Source of the DNA: Actinomycetota bacterium
GTDB taxonomy: Bacteria; Actinomycetota; Actinomycetes; S36-B12; UBA5976
Assembly (NCBI GenBank): GCA_026393095.1
Contig: JAPLAV010000102.1
Coordinates: 1-58,320, forward strand
Direction: 5' to 3'
DNA: 58,320 nucleotides
Shown: piece after piece, positions 45,020 to 53,690 of the stretch
Position numbering within the stretch: position 1 is the first letter of the stretch
Layout of the letters: every line of letters starts with the position of its first letter
Notes under the pieces: model-generated
What the model saw: the letters and a program-made list of their open reading frames with translations, nothing else
Database searches by the model: none
Told to the model about the DNA's origin: nothing
Position numbers and translations under genes: made by a program

Positions 45020-45402
45020 CGACAGTTTTTACAAAGGCCAAAGACTTCAATAGTGTGACCTGAAATTACATAACCTTGTTCGCGAGCAATCTTTTCTGTC
45101 CAAATTTCAACTTCTGGTGCAGAAATTTCAGTTGTTTTATTACACCCTGTGCAAACTAAATGGTGATGATGATCATTACTGCAAGCACGATAGAGGGCTT
45201 CTCCATCATTTCTTAAAACATCAATAGCACCAGTTTCAGCTAAGGCTTGTAAAGTTCTATAAACAGTAGCCAGTCCAACTTTTTCTCCTCTAGAAAAAAG
45301 TATGGAATGAACTTCCTGAGCTGAACTAAATTTAGAAATGGTAGCTAAAACTTCAGCTACTGCTTTTCTTTGCTTAGTTGATCTCAAATTTATGCTAGGC
45401 AT
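45016..45402 (-). CDS. zur: Fur-family metalloregulator, most likely zinc uptake regulator Zur
   Basis: Winged helix, HHHHLVCTGC...CKNC structural Zn site. It is the last gene of the znu-type operon and sits where zur/furB lies next to glyS in mycobacteria. Confidence 0.8.
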   Translation of the reverse strand: MPSINLRSTKQRKAVAEVLATISKFSSAQEVHSILFSRGEKVGLATVYRTLQALAETGAIDVLRNDGEALYRACSNDHHHHLVCTGCNKTTEISAPEVEIWTEKIAREQGYVISGHTIEVFGLCKNCR

Positions 45403-46254
45403 TTATTTACCTTCATGTTCATGTTTAACTACTTTAGGCCTTGATCTTCTATTTAATGGAGCAGCAACCAGAGCTAAGAAAACAAATAAGAGTAGGGAAA
45501 TCATCACGATTGTGGGACCAGGGGGAATGTCCACACTAAAAGAAATGAATAGACCAGAAATTGAACTCAGTAAACCCAGCAATGAACCAAATATCATTGT
45601 TGACTTAAATGATTTTGTTAACTGTTGAGCTGCTGCCACCGGAACAATCATGATTGCACTTACTAGAAGCAATCCCACAACCCTCATGCCCACAACTACA
45701 GTTAAAGCTGAAAGCACGGCAAGCAAAATGGCATTAAATTTTGTGGGAATTTTTAGTACACGAGCAACGTCGGTGTCTACTCCAACAGCAAACATTTGTC
45801 GGCCCCATATGAATAAAGCAGTAACAATCAACAAACTAATAAAGATTAAAGCAATTAAGTCAGAATTAGAAGCTGTAGTCAGGGATCCAAAAAGATAAGA
45901 GTTCAAGGCTGTGCTGCTACTTGCTGGGGCTAGAGAAACAAACATCACTCCGCCAGCTATGCCGCCGTAAAACATCAAAGCCAGAGCTAAATCTCCAGCA
46001 ACTTTAGATCGATCACGAATTATTTCTATCGATACCGCACCAATGACTGCAGCCAACATAGCCATTGGAATAGGGGCCCAATTAAAAAACAAAGCTAAAC
46101 CAACTCCAGTTAAAGCTACGTGACCAGTTCCATCTCCTAAAAGAGCCAAACGGCGCTGCACGAGAAAAACTCCAATAATTGGTGCAACTAAACCAATAAG
46201 TATCGCGGCAACTACAGCACGCTGGGCAAATTCATATTGAAGAATATCAATCAT
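45403..46254 (-). CDS. znuB: Zinc/manganese ABC transporter permease (ZnuB-like)
   Basis: 283-aa polytopic ABC-3 family permease. It overlaps znuC and abuts zur. Confidence 0.85.
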   Translation of the reverse strand: MIDILQYEFAQRAVVAAILIGLVAPIIGVFLVQRRLALLGDGTGHVALTGVGLALFFNWAPIPMAMLAAVIGAVSIEIIRDRSKVAGDLALALMFYGGIAGGVMFVSLAPASSSTALNSYLFGSLTTASNSDLIALIFISLLIVTALFIWGRQMFAVGVDTDVARVLKIPTKFNAILLAVLSALTVVVGMRVVGLLLVSAIMIVPVAAAQQLTKSFKSTMIFGSLLGLLSSISGLFISFSVDIPPGPTIVMISLLLFVFLALVAAPLNRRSRPKVVKHEHEGK

Positions 46255-46994
46255 GAGTTATCCAGTCCCAATATTGATTTACTGTTTATTGAGTCTTCAT
46301 GGCTGTGATGGGCAATTGAATACAGATGCTTTGGAATTGGAAGTTTTCCATCATAGATAACGGAGCCTTTGGTGTTGGTGCCAAGCACTACCACTCTATC
46401 CACAAGAGGTTCTAGAACTTCTAATTCGTGAGTTACTAAAATTATTGTTTTTAGGTTTTTCTTATATGCATCAAGAACTTCTTTTAAACTTTCTTGACTG
46501 TCGGAGTCAATTCCTGCGGTTGGTTCATCTAAAAGTAAAATATCGGGATTGGAAACAAGTGCTCGGGCAATCATGACTCTTCTTTGTTGGCCACCAGAAA
46601 GATTAAATAGATTACTATTTTTAATGTCGAACAGCCCTACTGTTTTTAATGCTTGTTGAATTAATTTAGATTCAGTTTTATTTATCCAAAAAGAATTGAC
46701 TTTTTTTACTCTTAACCCAGTGCTCACATATTCCATCACTGAAATAGGTACTCCACCTTGAAGTGGTAAGCGCTGGGGAACATAACCGACATTGTCAGAA
46801 TTCATAGCGATGCTTCCATGTGCCATTGGAAGTAAGCCCAAGATGACTTTTAGAAGTGTTGTTTTACCGGTCCCGTTTGCGCCCAAAATTGCAACGAACT
46901 CACCTTGGTTTATGGCCAAGGTGAGTTGATCGATGACTCTTGTGTTCTCTAAATCAACACAAATTTGGTTAAGTTCTATTTTGCTTATGAGCAA
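46251..46994 (-). CDS. znuC: Zinc/manganese ABC transporter ATP-binding protein (ZnuC-like)
   Basis: Walker A GANGTGKTT, signature LSGGQQRR and Walker B LLLDEP. Confidence 0.88.
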   Translation of the reverse strand: MLISKIELNQICVDLENTRVIDQLTLAINQGEFVAILGANGTGKTTLLKVILGLLPMAHGSIAMNSDNVGYVPQRLPLQGGVPISVMEYVSTGLRVKKVNSFWINKTESKLIQQALKTVGLFDIKNSNLFNLSGGQQRRVMIARALVSNPDILLLDEPTAGIDSDSQESLKEVLDAYKKNLKTIILVTHELEVLEPLVDRVVVLGTNTKGSVIYDGKLPIPKHLYSIAHHSHEDSINSKSILGLDNS

Positions 46995-47926
46995 ACCTGA
47001 CCTTTGACTAGTGTGTCTAAATTCTGTTGCATAACAGAAAGATAGTCACCACTTGCAGGAGGTGATTCCAAGGGATCTAGCATTTCGGCTGTAATTTTTA
47101 GATCATCAGCCAAAGTCTTAGCAACTTTAGGATCAACTAAAGATTCGTAATAGATTGTCGTGGCATTTTCGGCCTTAGCAATTTTTGCAACTTCAGCTAA
47201 TCTTGCTGGGCTTGGTTCTGCCTCTGGAGAAAGTCCACTGATTCCAACTTGTTCAAAACCGTATGCATTAGCTATGTAACCAAAAGCTTCATGGCTTACT
47301 ACTAATGCTTTGATTGAACAATTGGCTAATTTAGCGGTGTAGTCAGTCGCCAAAGCATTTAAGCCATTCTCAAAGCTTGATCTATTTTCATCAATTGCTG
47401 AATCAGATGTAAGCGCAGAAAGTGCTTTAGCAATCGAATTACCAATTAAAACCATGTTACTTGGATTAAGCCAAATGTGAGGATCTGTTGCTGATTCATC
47501 TGAATGTCCTCCTTCTTCAGAGTGAGCTTCTTCTCCTTCATGTGAATGTGAATCTCCAGAAATTAAAGTAATACCTTGAGTTGCATTAATAACTTTGCTT
47601 TGATCAAGTGTTTTTACAACTGCATCTAAAGCTGGAATGAATTCAGGGATGTAAACAACTAGATCTGCATCATTAATCTTGGCAACATCTCCAGGAGTAA
47701 GTTCTAGATCATGTGGTTCAACACCAGGTCCTGCTAATGAAACCACTTCTGCTAAATCACCAGCAACACCTTCTGCTGCATAAGCTAAAGGATAAAAACC
47801 GGCCACTATTTGAATTTTTTCTGTAGCTACTTCGGTGGTTGCTTCTGGTGTCGCGGTTTCTTGTGTACTTGAGCATGCAGCAAGGATTAAAGATGCTGCA
47901 ATCAGTGTGGCTACTCTTTTTTTCAT
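46985..47926 (-). CDS. znuA: Zinc ABC transporter substrate-binding lipoprotein (ZnuA-like) with His/acidic loop
   Basis: Lipobox LILAACSS, cluster-9 SBP fold and a His-rich insertion SHSHEGEEAHSEEGGHSDESATDPH typical of zinc-specific ZnuA. Confidence 0.88.
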   Translation of the reverse strand: MKKRVATLIAASLILAACSSTQETATPEATTEVATEKIQIVAGFYPLAYAAEGVAGDLAEVVSLAGPGVEPHDLELTPGDVAKINDADLVVYIPEFIPALDAVVKTLDQSKVINATQGITLISGDSHSHEGEEAHSEEGGHSDESATDPHIWLNPSNMVLIGNSIAKALSALTSDSAIDENRSSFENGLNALATDYTAKLANCSIKALVVSHEAFGYIANAYGFEQVGISGLSPEAEPSPARLAEVAKIAKAENATTIYYESLVDPKVAKTLADDLKITAEMLDPLESPPASGDYLSVMQQNLDTLVKGQVCS

Positions 47927-47935
47927 TTTCTTCTC

Positions 47936-48208
47936 CTAGTTTATTTGTGCGATTAGATTTTTACTTAGTGAAAAATTGATTACCCATTTAGCAGGAATAT
48001 CTAGTTTTTCTCCGGTTTTTGGATTACGCCCTGTTCTGGCATTTCTGTGTTTAGGGGTGAGTGAGAAAAAACCTGAAACTTGAATTGGTTGTCTTTCCTG
48101 AGCAGTTTCCACAATGACGTCTGCAAATGCGTTCAGGAATTTGTCTGCAACCGATTTATCAACTCCAATTCTCTGTGATAAATCTTGAACCAACTCAACA
48201 CGATTCAT
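47936..48208 (-). CDS. HU/IHF-family DNA-binding protein, first gene of the znu operon
   Basis: The 90-aa product MNRVELVQDLSQRIGVDKSVADKFLNAF...RNARTGRNPKTGEKLDIPAKWV has the HU fold signature including the beta-arm RNPxTGE. GGGAG lies 6 nt upstream of ATG 48208. Its stop TAG overlaps the AGGAGAAG RBS of znuA 9 nt downstream. The track N-terminal extension to 48331 is rejected. Confidence 0.85.
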   Translation of the reverse strand: MNRVELVQDLSQRIGVDKSVADKFLNAFADVIVETAQERQPIQVSGFFSLTPKHRNARTGRNPKTGEKLDIPAKWVINFSLSKNLIAQIN

Positions 48209-48237
48209 TTCATGCTCCCATAACTTGTATTTGTAGT

Positions 48238-48252
48238 TGATAATGATTATCA
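48238..48252. promoter_or_regulatory. Candidate Zur (Fur-family) box
   Basis: Perfect 7-1-7 palindrome TGATAAT-G-ATTATCA. It differs from the actinobacterial Zur consensus TGAAAATGATTTTCA at two symmetrical positions. It lies 30-44 nt upstream of the HU-like start and 42-72 nt upstream of the divergent Cys-rich ORF. Confidence 0.6.
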
Positions 48253-48293
48253 TTTCATACAAGGGTAAAGTCAAGCACCAAGGGGGCCAAGAT

Positions 48294-48530
48294 TTGGGTA
48301 ATGAAGAAGCGATAGCCCAGCCCATGGTCAAGCTTTTAGTAGACCCAGCAAAAGATGGTCCTGATTTAAGATTTGCTGGGCCACTTCATAAATGCATCTG
48401 TGGTTGCGATCTATGGCATGGATTAGTCAAATTTGAAGAAGGAGAAATAGCTTTCTATTTCCTTGATGTGTTATGTGCAGCCTGCGGAGCACACGCCATT
48501 GCGCCAACGCATTCAGAAGATGCGGCCTAA
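48294..48530 (+). CDS. Candidate Cys/His-rich small protein (putative zinc-ribbon-like), 78 aa from TTG 48294 or 68 aa from ATG 48324
   Basis: AGGGGG lies 7 nt before TTG 48294. Translation is ...RFAGPLHKCICGCDLWHGLVKFEEGEIAFYFLDVLCAACGAHAIAPTHSEDAA, with HxCxCxCxxxH and CxxCxxH clusters. I did not recognise a homologue. Confidence 0.45.
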   Translation: MGNEEAIAQPMVKLLVDPAKDGPDLRFAGPLHKCICGCDLWHGLVKFEEGEIAFYFLDVLCAACGAHAIAPTHSEDAA

Positions 48531-48532
48531 CT

Positions 48533-48832
48533 CTAAAGAATAAATCTATCCAGAGTAATCACAAAAAGGACAAGAGCCACAAAAGTTCTTAGAGCTCTCG
48601 AAGACGAGGTAAGAAGCGGCCACGACAGGGCCAATAGCCAGGCCAAAATGCCCACAATTATCAGCATTGAAATCAGGCCCAACCAAAAGCCTGCGGGAGC
48701 CTCCGGGTTCGCAAAAAGTCCAACTAAAAGCAAAGCCGTCATCAAAATTGGTAAAGCCCATCGAGGCAATGAGTGAAGTTTCACTAGATAAGGTGCACTA
48801 GCTTTTTCAAGTCGTTTTCTGAAGTCAGACAT
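48533..48832 (-). CDS. Small membrane protein of unknown function (2-3 TM helices)
   Basis: 99 aa with a basic N-terminus (MSDFRKRLEK) followed by hydrophobic helices. It is coherent and more G+C-rich than its surroundings. Confidence 0.6.
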   Translation of the reverse strand: MSDFRKRLEKASAPYLVKLHSLPRWALPILMTALLLVGLFANPEAPAGFWLGLISMLIIVGILAWLLALSWPLLTSSSRALRTFVALVLFVITLDRFIL

Positions 48833-48869
48833 TCACACTCTCACTTTCTCTAACTGGGATACCTCTAGT

Positions 48870-49202
48870 GTGGCGGATATGTTCGTCATAACCAGACACA
48901 CCTGCCATGAACAACCTGAGTTTTTATTAAACGTTAAAAAAATGGTTGCAGTTCTAGCCAAGGAACCAGGATTTATTGAAGTCTTGGTTGGTAGATCTCC
49001 TGATGATGCTCAAACTTTGGTCATAGTTCAAAAATGGGATTCCATCGGCAATGCTCGCCGGGCCCTAAATTCTGGCAAGAATCGAATGGATGTTTGGCCG
49101 GTTATGTCTAGTGCTCAAGATGAACCAACCATGTTTGAAACTTTATTTGAGTTCAAAGATGGATTTGGAACTGATTTTGAATCGGTGCTTAACCAAAACT
49201 AA
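48870..49202 (+). CDS. Small ABM/Dabb-fold-like protein (antibiotic biosynthesis monooxygenase-like)
   Basis: About 110 aa. The EPGFIEVLVGRSPDDAQTLVIVQKWDSIGNARRAL pattern resembles ABM domains. GTG start; an alternative ATG lies at 48879. Confidence 0.5.
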   Translation: MADMFVITRHTCHEQPEFLLNVKKMVAVLAKEPGFIEVLVGRSPDDAQTLVIVQKWDSIGNARRALNSGKNRMDVWPVMSSAQDEPTMFETLFEFKDGFGTDFESVLNQN

Positions 49203-49263
49203 GCAGGTCTTTTTAGTAGGCTGAAGGTTCAATACTTGTTCACAACAAAGGGGACGAAATCTC

Positions 49264-50643
49264 ATGGCCGCTGATCGCGTTGAAGCCATTGTTAATTTGG
49301 CTAAGCGTCGCGGATTTGTTTACCCTTCAAGTGAAATTTATGGCGGAACTCGTTCTGCTTGGGATTACGGTCCACTTGGGGTGGCATTAAAAGACAATGT
49401 GAGAAACCAATGGTGGCACACCATGGTTAGATCAAGAGAAGATGTGGTTGGTCTTGATTCTTCAGTAATACTCTCTCCTCAAGTTTGGCAAGCTTCAGGC
49501 CACGTGGAAGCCTTTGTTGATCCATTAACAGAATGTAAACAATGTCATAAAAGATATAGAGCTGATCAATTAATCGAAGCCTATGTTGCAAAAAATAAAA
49601 AAGAACCAGCAAATGGTTTAGCAGATATTGCTTGTGCAAATTGTGGTACCCGTGGACAATTTACTGAAGAAAAAATGTTTAATGGAATGCTTCGCACCCA
49701 AATCGGAGTCACAGAAGATGATGGAGCAATTCATTACTTAAGACCAGAAACAGCCCAAGGAATATTTGTTAACTTTAATAACGTTCTTACAAGCTCTCGA
49801 AAGAAGCCGCCGTTTGGAATTGCTCAAGTTGGTAAAGCATTTAGAAATGAAATTACCCCAGGTAATTTTATTTTCAGAACTAGAGAATTTGAACAAATGG
49901 AATTGGAATATTTTGTTAAACCTGGTGAAGATGAAAAATGGCATGAATACTGGTTAGAGCAAAGATGGAATTGGTATGTAGATCTAGGAATTAAACCTGA
50001 GAACTTAAGAAAGTTTGAACATCCTAAAGAGAAACTTTCTCATTATGCAAAAAGAACAGTTGATATTGAATATAAATTTGAATTTGCAGGTTCAGAATGG
50101 GCAGAACTTGAAGGCGTTGCCAATAGAACTGATTACGATTTAAAGACTCACAGTCAAGCAAGTGGTACAGATCTTAATTTCTTTGATCAAGAAAATAATG
50201 AAAAATATATTCCTTATGTTATTGAACCTTCAGCTGGATTAACAAGGGCAGTCTTAGCATTTCTACTTGATGCATACGATGAAGATGAAGCACCAAATTC
50301 CAAAGGTGGAGTTGACAAAAGAACAGTATTAAGACTTGATCCAAGACTTGCACCAATTAAAGTTGCAGTTTTACCTCTGTCTAGAGATGAAAAATTAAGT
50401 CCCGTAGCAAAAGAAATAGCACAAGATTTAAGAAAGAAATACATGGTCGAATTTGATGATTCAGGAGCAATTGGTCGAAGATATAGAAGAGCAGATGAAA
50501 TTGGAACACCATATGCAGTCACAGTTGATTTTGAAACCTTAGATGACAAAAGTGTCACAATTAGAGATAGAGACAGCATGGAACAGGTAAGAGTTCCCAT
50601 AGCAGAATTGCCAAATTGGTTAGGTTCTCGTTTACCTGCGTAA
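49264..50643 (+). CDS. glyQS: Glycine--tRNA ligase (dimeric class II GlyQS)
   Basis: [47 protein letters not shown] (motif 2) and IEPSAGLTR (motif 3). Anticodon-binding C-terminus. Confidence 0.95.
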   Translation: MAADRVEAIVNLAKRRGFVYPSSEIYGGTRSAWDYGPLGVALKDNVRNQWWHTMVRSREDVVGLDSSVILSPQVWQASGHVEAFVDPLTECKQCHKRYRADQLIEAYVAKNKKEPANGLADIACANCGTRGQFTEEKMFNGMLRTQIGVTEDDGAIHYLRPETAQGIFVNFNNVLTSSRKKPPFGIAQVGKAFRNEITPGNFIFRTREFEQMELEYFVKPGEDEKWHEYWLEQRWNWYVDLGIKPENLRKFEHPKEKLSHYAKRTVDIEYKFEFAGSEWAELEGVANRTDYDLKTHSQASGTDLNFFDQENNEKYIPYVIEPSAGLTRAVLAFLLDAYDEDEAPNSKGGVDKRTVLRLDPRLAPIKVAVLPLSRDEKLSPVAKEIAQDLRKKYMVEFDDSGAIGRRYRRADEIGTPYAVTVDFETLDDKSVTIRDRDSMEQVRVPIAELPNWLGSRLPA

Positions 50644-50656
50644 AATAGTTTTACCT

Positions 50657-51817
50657 ATGTCTTTACAAACCCCAAGATTTGAAGTCGATCCTCCCGTTGT
50701 GCTTGCTCCTATGGCAGGAATTACCAATCAAGCATTTAGAAGACTTTGTCGCGAATATGGCGCAGGACTATATGTAAGTGAAATGGTTACCAGTAGAGCT
50801 TTAATTGAAAGATCTCCTGAAACTATTCGCATGGTTACTCCTGATCCTGATGAACAAATAAGAAGCGTGCAACTTTATGGAGTAGATCCTGAAGTTATGT
50901 CAAAAGCAGTTGAGATGCTAATTAGAGAAGATAGAGCAGATCATATTGATTTAAATATGGGTTGCCCTGTTCCAAAAGTAACTAAAAAAGGTGGAGGTGC
51001 AGCACTTCCTTGGAAACAAGATTTATTTAAAGACATATTAGAATGTGCCGTAAATACTTCAAATAAAGTCACCTCTGAATTAGGTGTGAAAAAAGTTCCA
51101 GTAACTGTAAAAATGCGCATGGGAATTGATGATGAACATTTGACTTATATTGAAGCAGGAAAAATTGCTGCAAAAGCAGGTGTTACTTGGGTTGCCTTAC
51201 ATGCTCGAACTGCTGAACAAATGTATTCAGGTAAAGCTCGTTGGCAAGCAATCAAAACATTGGTTGAAGAATTAAAAGAATTTAATGTTCCAGTACTTGG
51301 CAACGGTGATATTTGGTCTGCCCAAGATGCATTGGAAATGGTTAAGGAAACCGGTTGTGCAGGAGTTGTTGTTGGTCGAGGTTGTTTGGGAAGGCCATGG
51401 TTGTTTGGACAATTAGTTGCAGCTTTTGCTGGTAAAGAAATCCCTAAAGATCCTGGTTTAGAAGTAGTTTCTCAAATTATAAAAAGACATGCAGTTTTAT
51501 TGTGTGAACTTTATGGTGAATACAAAGGTATTAGAGACATTAGAAAACACATGGCTTGGTATTTAAAAGGATTCTCTGTGGGCAATCAATTAAGAACATC
51601 TTTGGCTATGGTTGAAAGTTTGGAAAACTTAGATTTCTTGTTAGCAAAACTAGATACAAATCAAGCTTTTCCTGAAGTTGTGGTTGATAAACCTCGAGGC
51701 AGAGTTGGTTCACAAAAGAAAGTTTCACTTCCTCATAATTGGCTAAACAGTAGAAGTATTGAAAAAAGTGAAGTTAAGGATCTTCGAGAAGCAGAATTAT
51801 CTGTAAGTGGTGGCTAA
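50657..51817 (+). CDS. dusB: tRNA-dihydrouridine synthase (DusB-like)
   Basis: LAPMAGITNQAFR, DLNMGCPVPKV (catalytic Cys) and LHARTAEQMYSG. Confidence 0.9.
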   Translation: MSLQTPRFEVDPPVVLAPMAGITNQAFRRLCREYGAGLYVSEMVTSRALIERSPETIRMVTPDPDEQIRSVQLYGVDPEVMSKAVEMLIREDRADHIDLNMGCPVPKVTKKGGGAALPWKQDLFKDILECAVNTSNKVTSELGVKKVPVTVKMRMGIDDEHLTYIEAGKIAAKAGVTWVALHARTAEQMYSGKARWQAIKTLVEELKEFNVPVLGNGDIWSAQDALEMVKETGCAGVVVGRGCLGRPWLFGQLVAAFAGKEIPKDPGLEVVSQIIKRHAVLLCELYGEYKGIRDIRKHMAWYLKGFSVGNQLRTSLAMVESLENLDFLLAKLDTNQAFPEVVVDKPRGRVGSQKKVSLPHNWLNSRSIEKSEVKDLREAELSVSGG

Positions 51818-52450
51818 ATGTTTGGCATAATTAAATTATTATTTAAGTTAATTCGCTGGGCTATCACCATTGCATTTATTGGTGCAATAGTTTTTGTGGG
51901 ATATAACGCTTATGGAGTATGGAATAGTTCTAAACTAGATCAAAGAGACAAGACCGACGCAATTATAGTTTTAGGTGCAGCACAATTTGATGGCAAACCA
52001 TCTCCAGTATTTAGTAATCGATTAGATCATGCTTTAGAACTTTACAAAGAAGACGTTTCACCTCTAATTATTACAGTTGGGGGAAAACAACAGGGAGATA
52101 GATTTACAGAAGCAGAAGCGGGCTTTAATTACTTAAATGAAACAATAAAGAAACAAAATTTAAAAGCAATAACAGACGGTAAAGATACTTTAGAAAGTTT
52201 TGAATTAATTCGAAATGAATTTCCTGATTTGAAAACTGTTACTTTGGTAAGTGATCCTGCTCATTTATGGAGAAGTCACTTAATGGCTCAAAATTTAGGT
52301 TTCCAAACGCAGGTGTCTGGAACTAACAGTGGACCGGGAAGTGAGCTAAGTAATTCTTATTTCGTGAGAGAAGTTGCCTCAACCCTTCGATATGAATTCA
52401 AGAGACATTTTTCAAGTCAGTGGTCTTTACTAAGGTCAATAGTGTTATGA
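51818..52450 (+). CDS. DUF218 (YdcF/ElyC-like) membrane-anchored protein
   Basis: N-terminal TM helix. IIVLGAAQFDGKPSPVFSNRLDHALELY and VSDPAHLWRS are typical of DUF218. Confidence 0.75.
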   Translation: MFGIIKLLFKLIRWAITIAFIGAIVFVGYNAYGVWNSSKLDQRDKTDAIIVLGAAQFDGKPSPVFSNRLDHALELYKEDVSPLIITVGGKQQGDRFTEAEAGFNYLNETIKKQNLKAITDGKDTLESFELIRNEFPDLKTVTLVSDPAHLWRSHLMAQNLGFQTQVSGTNSGPGSELSNSYFVREVASTLRYEFKRHFSSQWSLLRSIVL

Positions 52451-53685
52451 CATTTCAAGACGATCAATTATCTCCTGGTTACAACCAATTTGATGAAGAA
52501 CGATTCGTTACCGAATTACCAAAGCGCCGTGGGCGACGTGCATTTGCTCGAGATAAAGCCAGAGTTTTACATTCTGCAGGTTTAAGAAGACTTTCTGCAA
52601 AAACTCAAGTGATGTCAGCTGGAGCAGATGATTTTCCTAGAACCAGACTTACGCACACTTTAGAAGTTGCACAAATTGGTCGAGAACTAGGTGATGCACT
52701 CGGTTGCGATCCTGATTTAGTAGAAACAGCTTGTTTAGTGCACGACTTAGGACATCCTCCCTTTGGGCACAACGGAGAAGAAGCCTTACATAAAGCATCT
52801 TTAGAGATTGGTGGCTTTGAAGGTAACGCCCAAACATTTAGATTGTTAACTCGACTTGAATCAAAAACAATTCGTGATGGCAGATCTCTAGGTTTGAATT
52901 TAACTAGAGCAACTCTTGATGCTGCTACAAAATATCCGTGGGCCTTTGATGGCAAGAATCCTAAATTTGGTTTTTATGAAGAAGATAAAGAAATATTTGA
53001 TTGGGTTAGATTAAAAGTAAAAAATCAAACAAAGGTCTTTGAAGCTCAAGTCATGGATATTGCTGATGACATTGCTTACAGCGTTCACGATATTGAAGAT
53101 GCAATTTATGGTCAACATTTCAGCCCCTTAGCACTTGATTCTGAACCAGAATTTAAAGAAGTGATAAAACTTGCTACAACAGAATATGCACCTGAAATTA
53201 ATGAAAATAACTTAAATAAAGCGCTTAATTCATTGATCAAACAAAGCTGGTGGGTTAAGTCATTTACTGCCACCCAAGTTGATATGGCTGCTCTAAAAAA
53301 TATGACAAGTCATTTAATCGGTAAATTCACCGAAGAAATAGAACAAGCTACAAAAGCAGGAAATAAAGAAGAAAACTTCACAAGATATAACGCAAATCTC
53401 ATTGTTCCTCTAGAGACAAAAGCACAAATAGCAGTGTTAAAAGCTGTGGTGAATTTGTTCGTGATGCAACGAAAAGGGGCAGCTGAAAATTACGCCAAAG
53501 AACAAGATTTAATTCTAAATATTGTTGATGGACTACAAAATAATCCACAAAAACTTGATCCTCAGTTCAAGCACCAATTCGACAATGCAGGAAGTAGCAA
53601 GGAAGCCAAAAGAGCAGTAATTGACCAAGTTGCAAGCCTTACAGACTCTTCAGCAAGAAGACTTGCCCAAGAATTTGTAGGCTAA
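52447..53685 (+). CDS. dgt: Deoxyguanosinetriphosphate triphosphohydrolase-like protein
   Basis: HD domain RLTHTLEVAQIGR...VHDLGHPPFGH. ATG 52447 overlaps the upstream stop (ATGA). It precedes dnaG as in mycobacteria. Confidence 0.9.
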   Translation: MTFQDDQLSPGYNQFDEERFVTELPKRRGRRAFARDKARVLHSAGLRRLSAKTQVMSAGADDFPRTRLTHTLEVAQIGRELGDALGCDPDLVETACLVHDLGHPPFGHNGEEALHKASLEIGGFEGNAQTFRLLTRLESKTIRDGRSLGLNLTRATLDAATKYPWAFDGKNPKFGFYEEDKEIFDWVRLKVKNQTKVFEAQVMDIADDIAYSVHDIEDAIYGQHFSPLALDSEPEFKEVIKLATTEYAPEINENNLNKALNSLIKQSWWVKSFTATQVDMAALKNMTSHLIGKFTEEIEQATKAGNKEENFTRYNANLIVPLETKAQIAVLKAVVNLFVMQRKGAAENYAKEQDLILNIVDGLQNNPQKLDPQFKHQFDNAGSSKEAKRAVIDQVASLTDSSARRLAQEFVG

Positions 53686-53690
53686 GACTC

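Noticed and set aside
48209-48331. N-terminal extension of the HU-like ORF (track start 48331)
   Set aside because: The extension reads through the Zur-type palindrome and the divergent ORF's start region. The HU fold begins at MNRVELV (ATG 48208), which has a GGGAG RBS.
49203-49263. T-box or other leader upstream of glyQS (and likewise upstream of leuS and valS)
   Set aside because: The spacers are only about 10-60 nt, which is far too short for a T-box.
50214-50600. 128-aa minus-strand ORF inside glyQS
   Set aside because: It is an antisense shadow of a strongly conserved synthetase gene.
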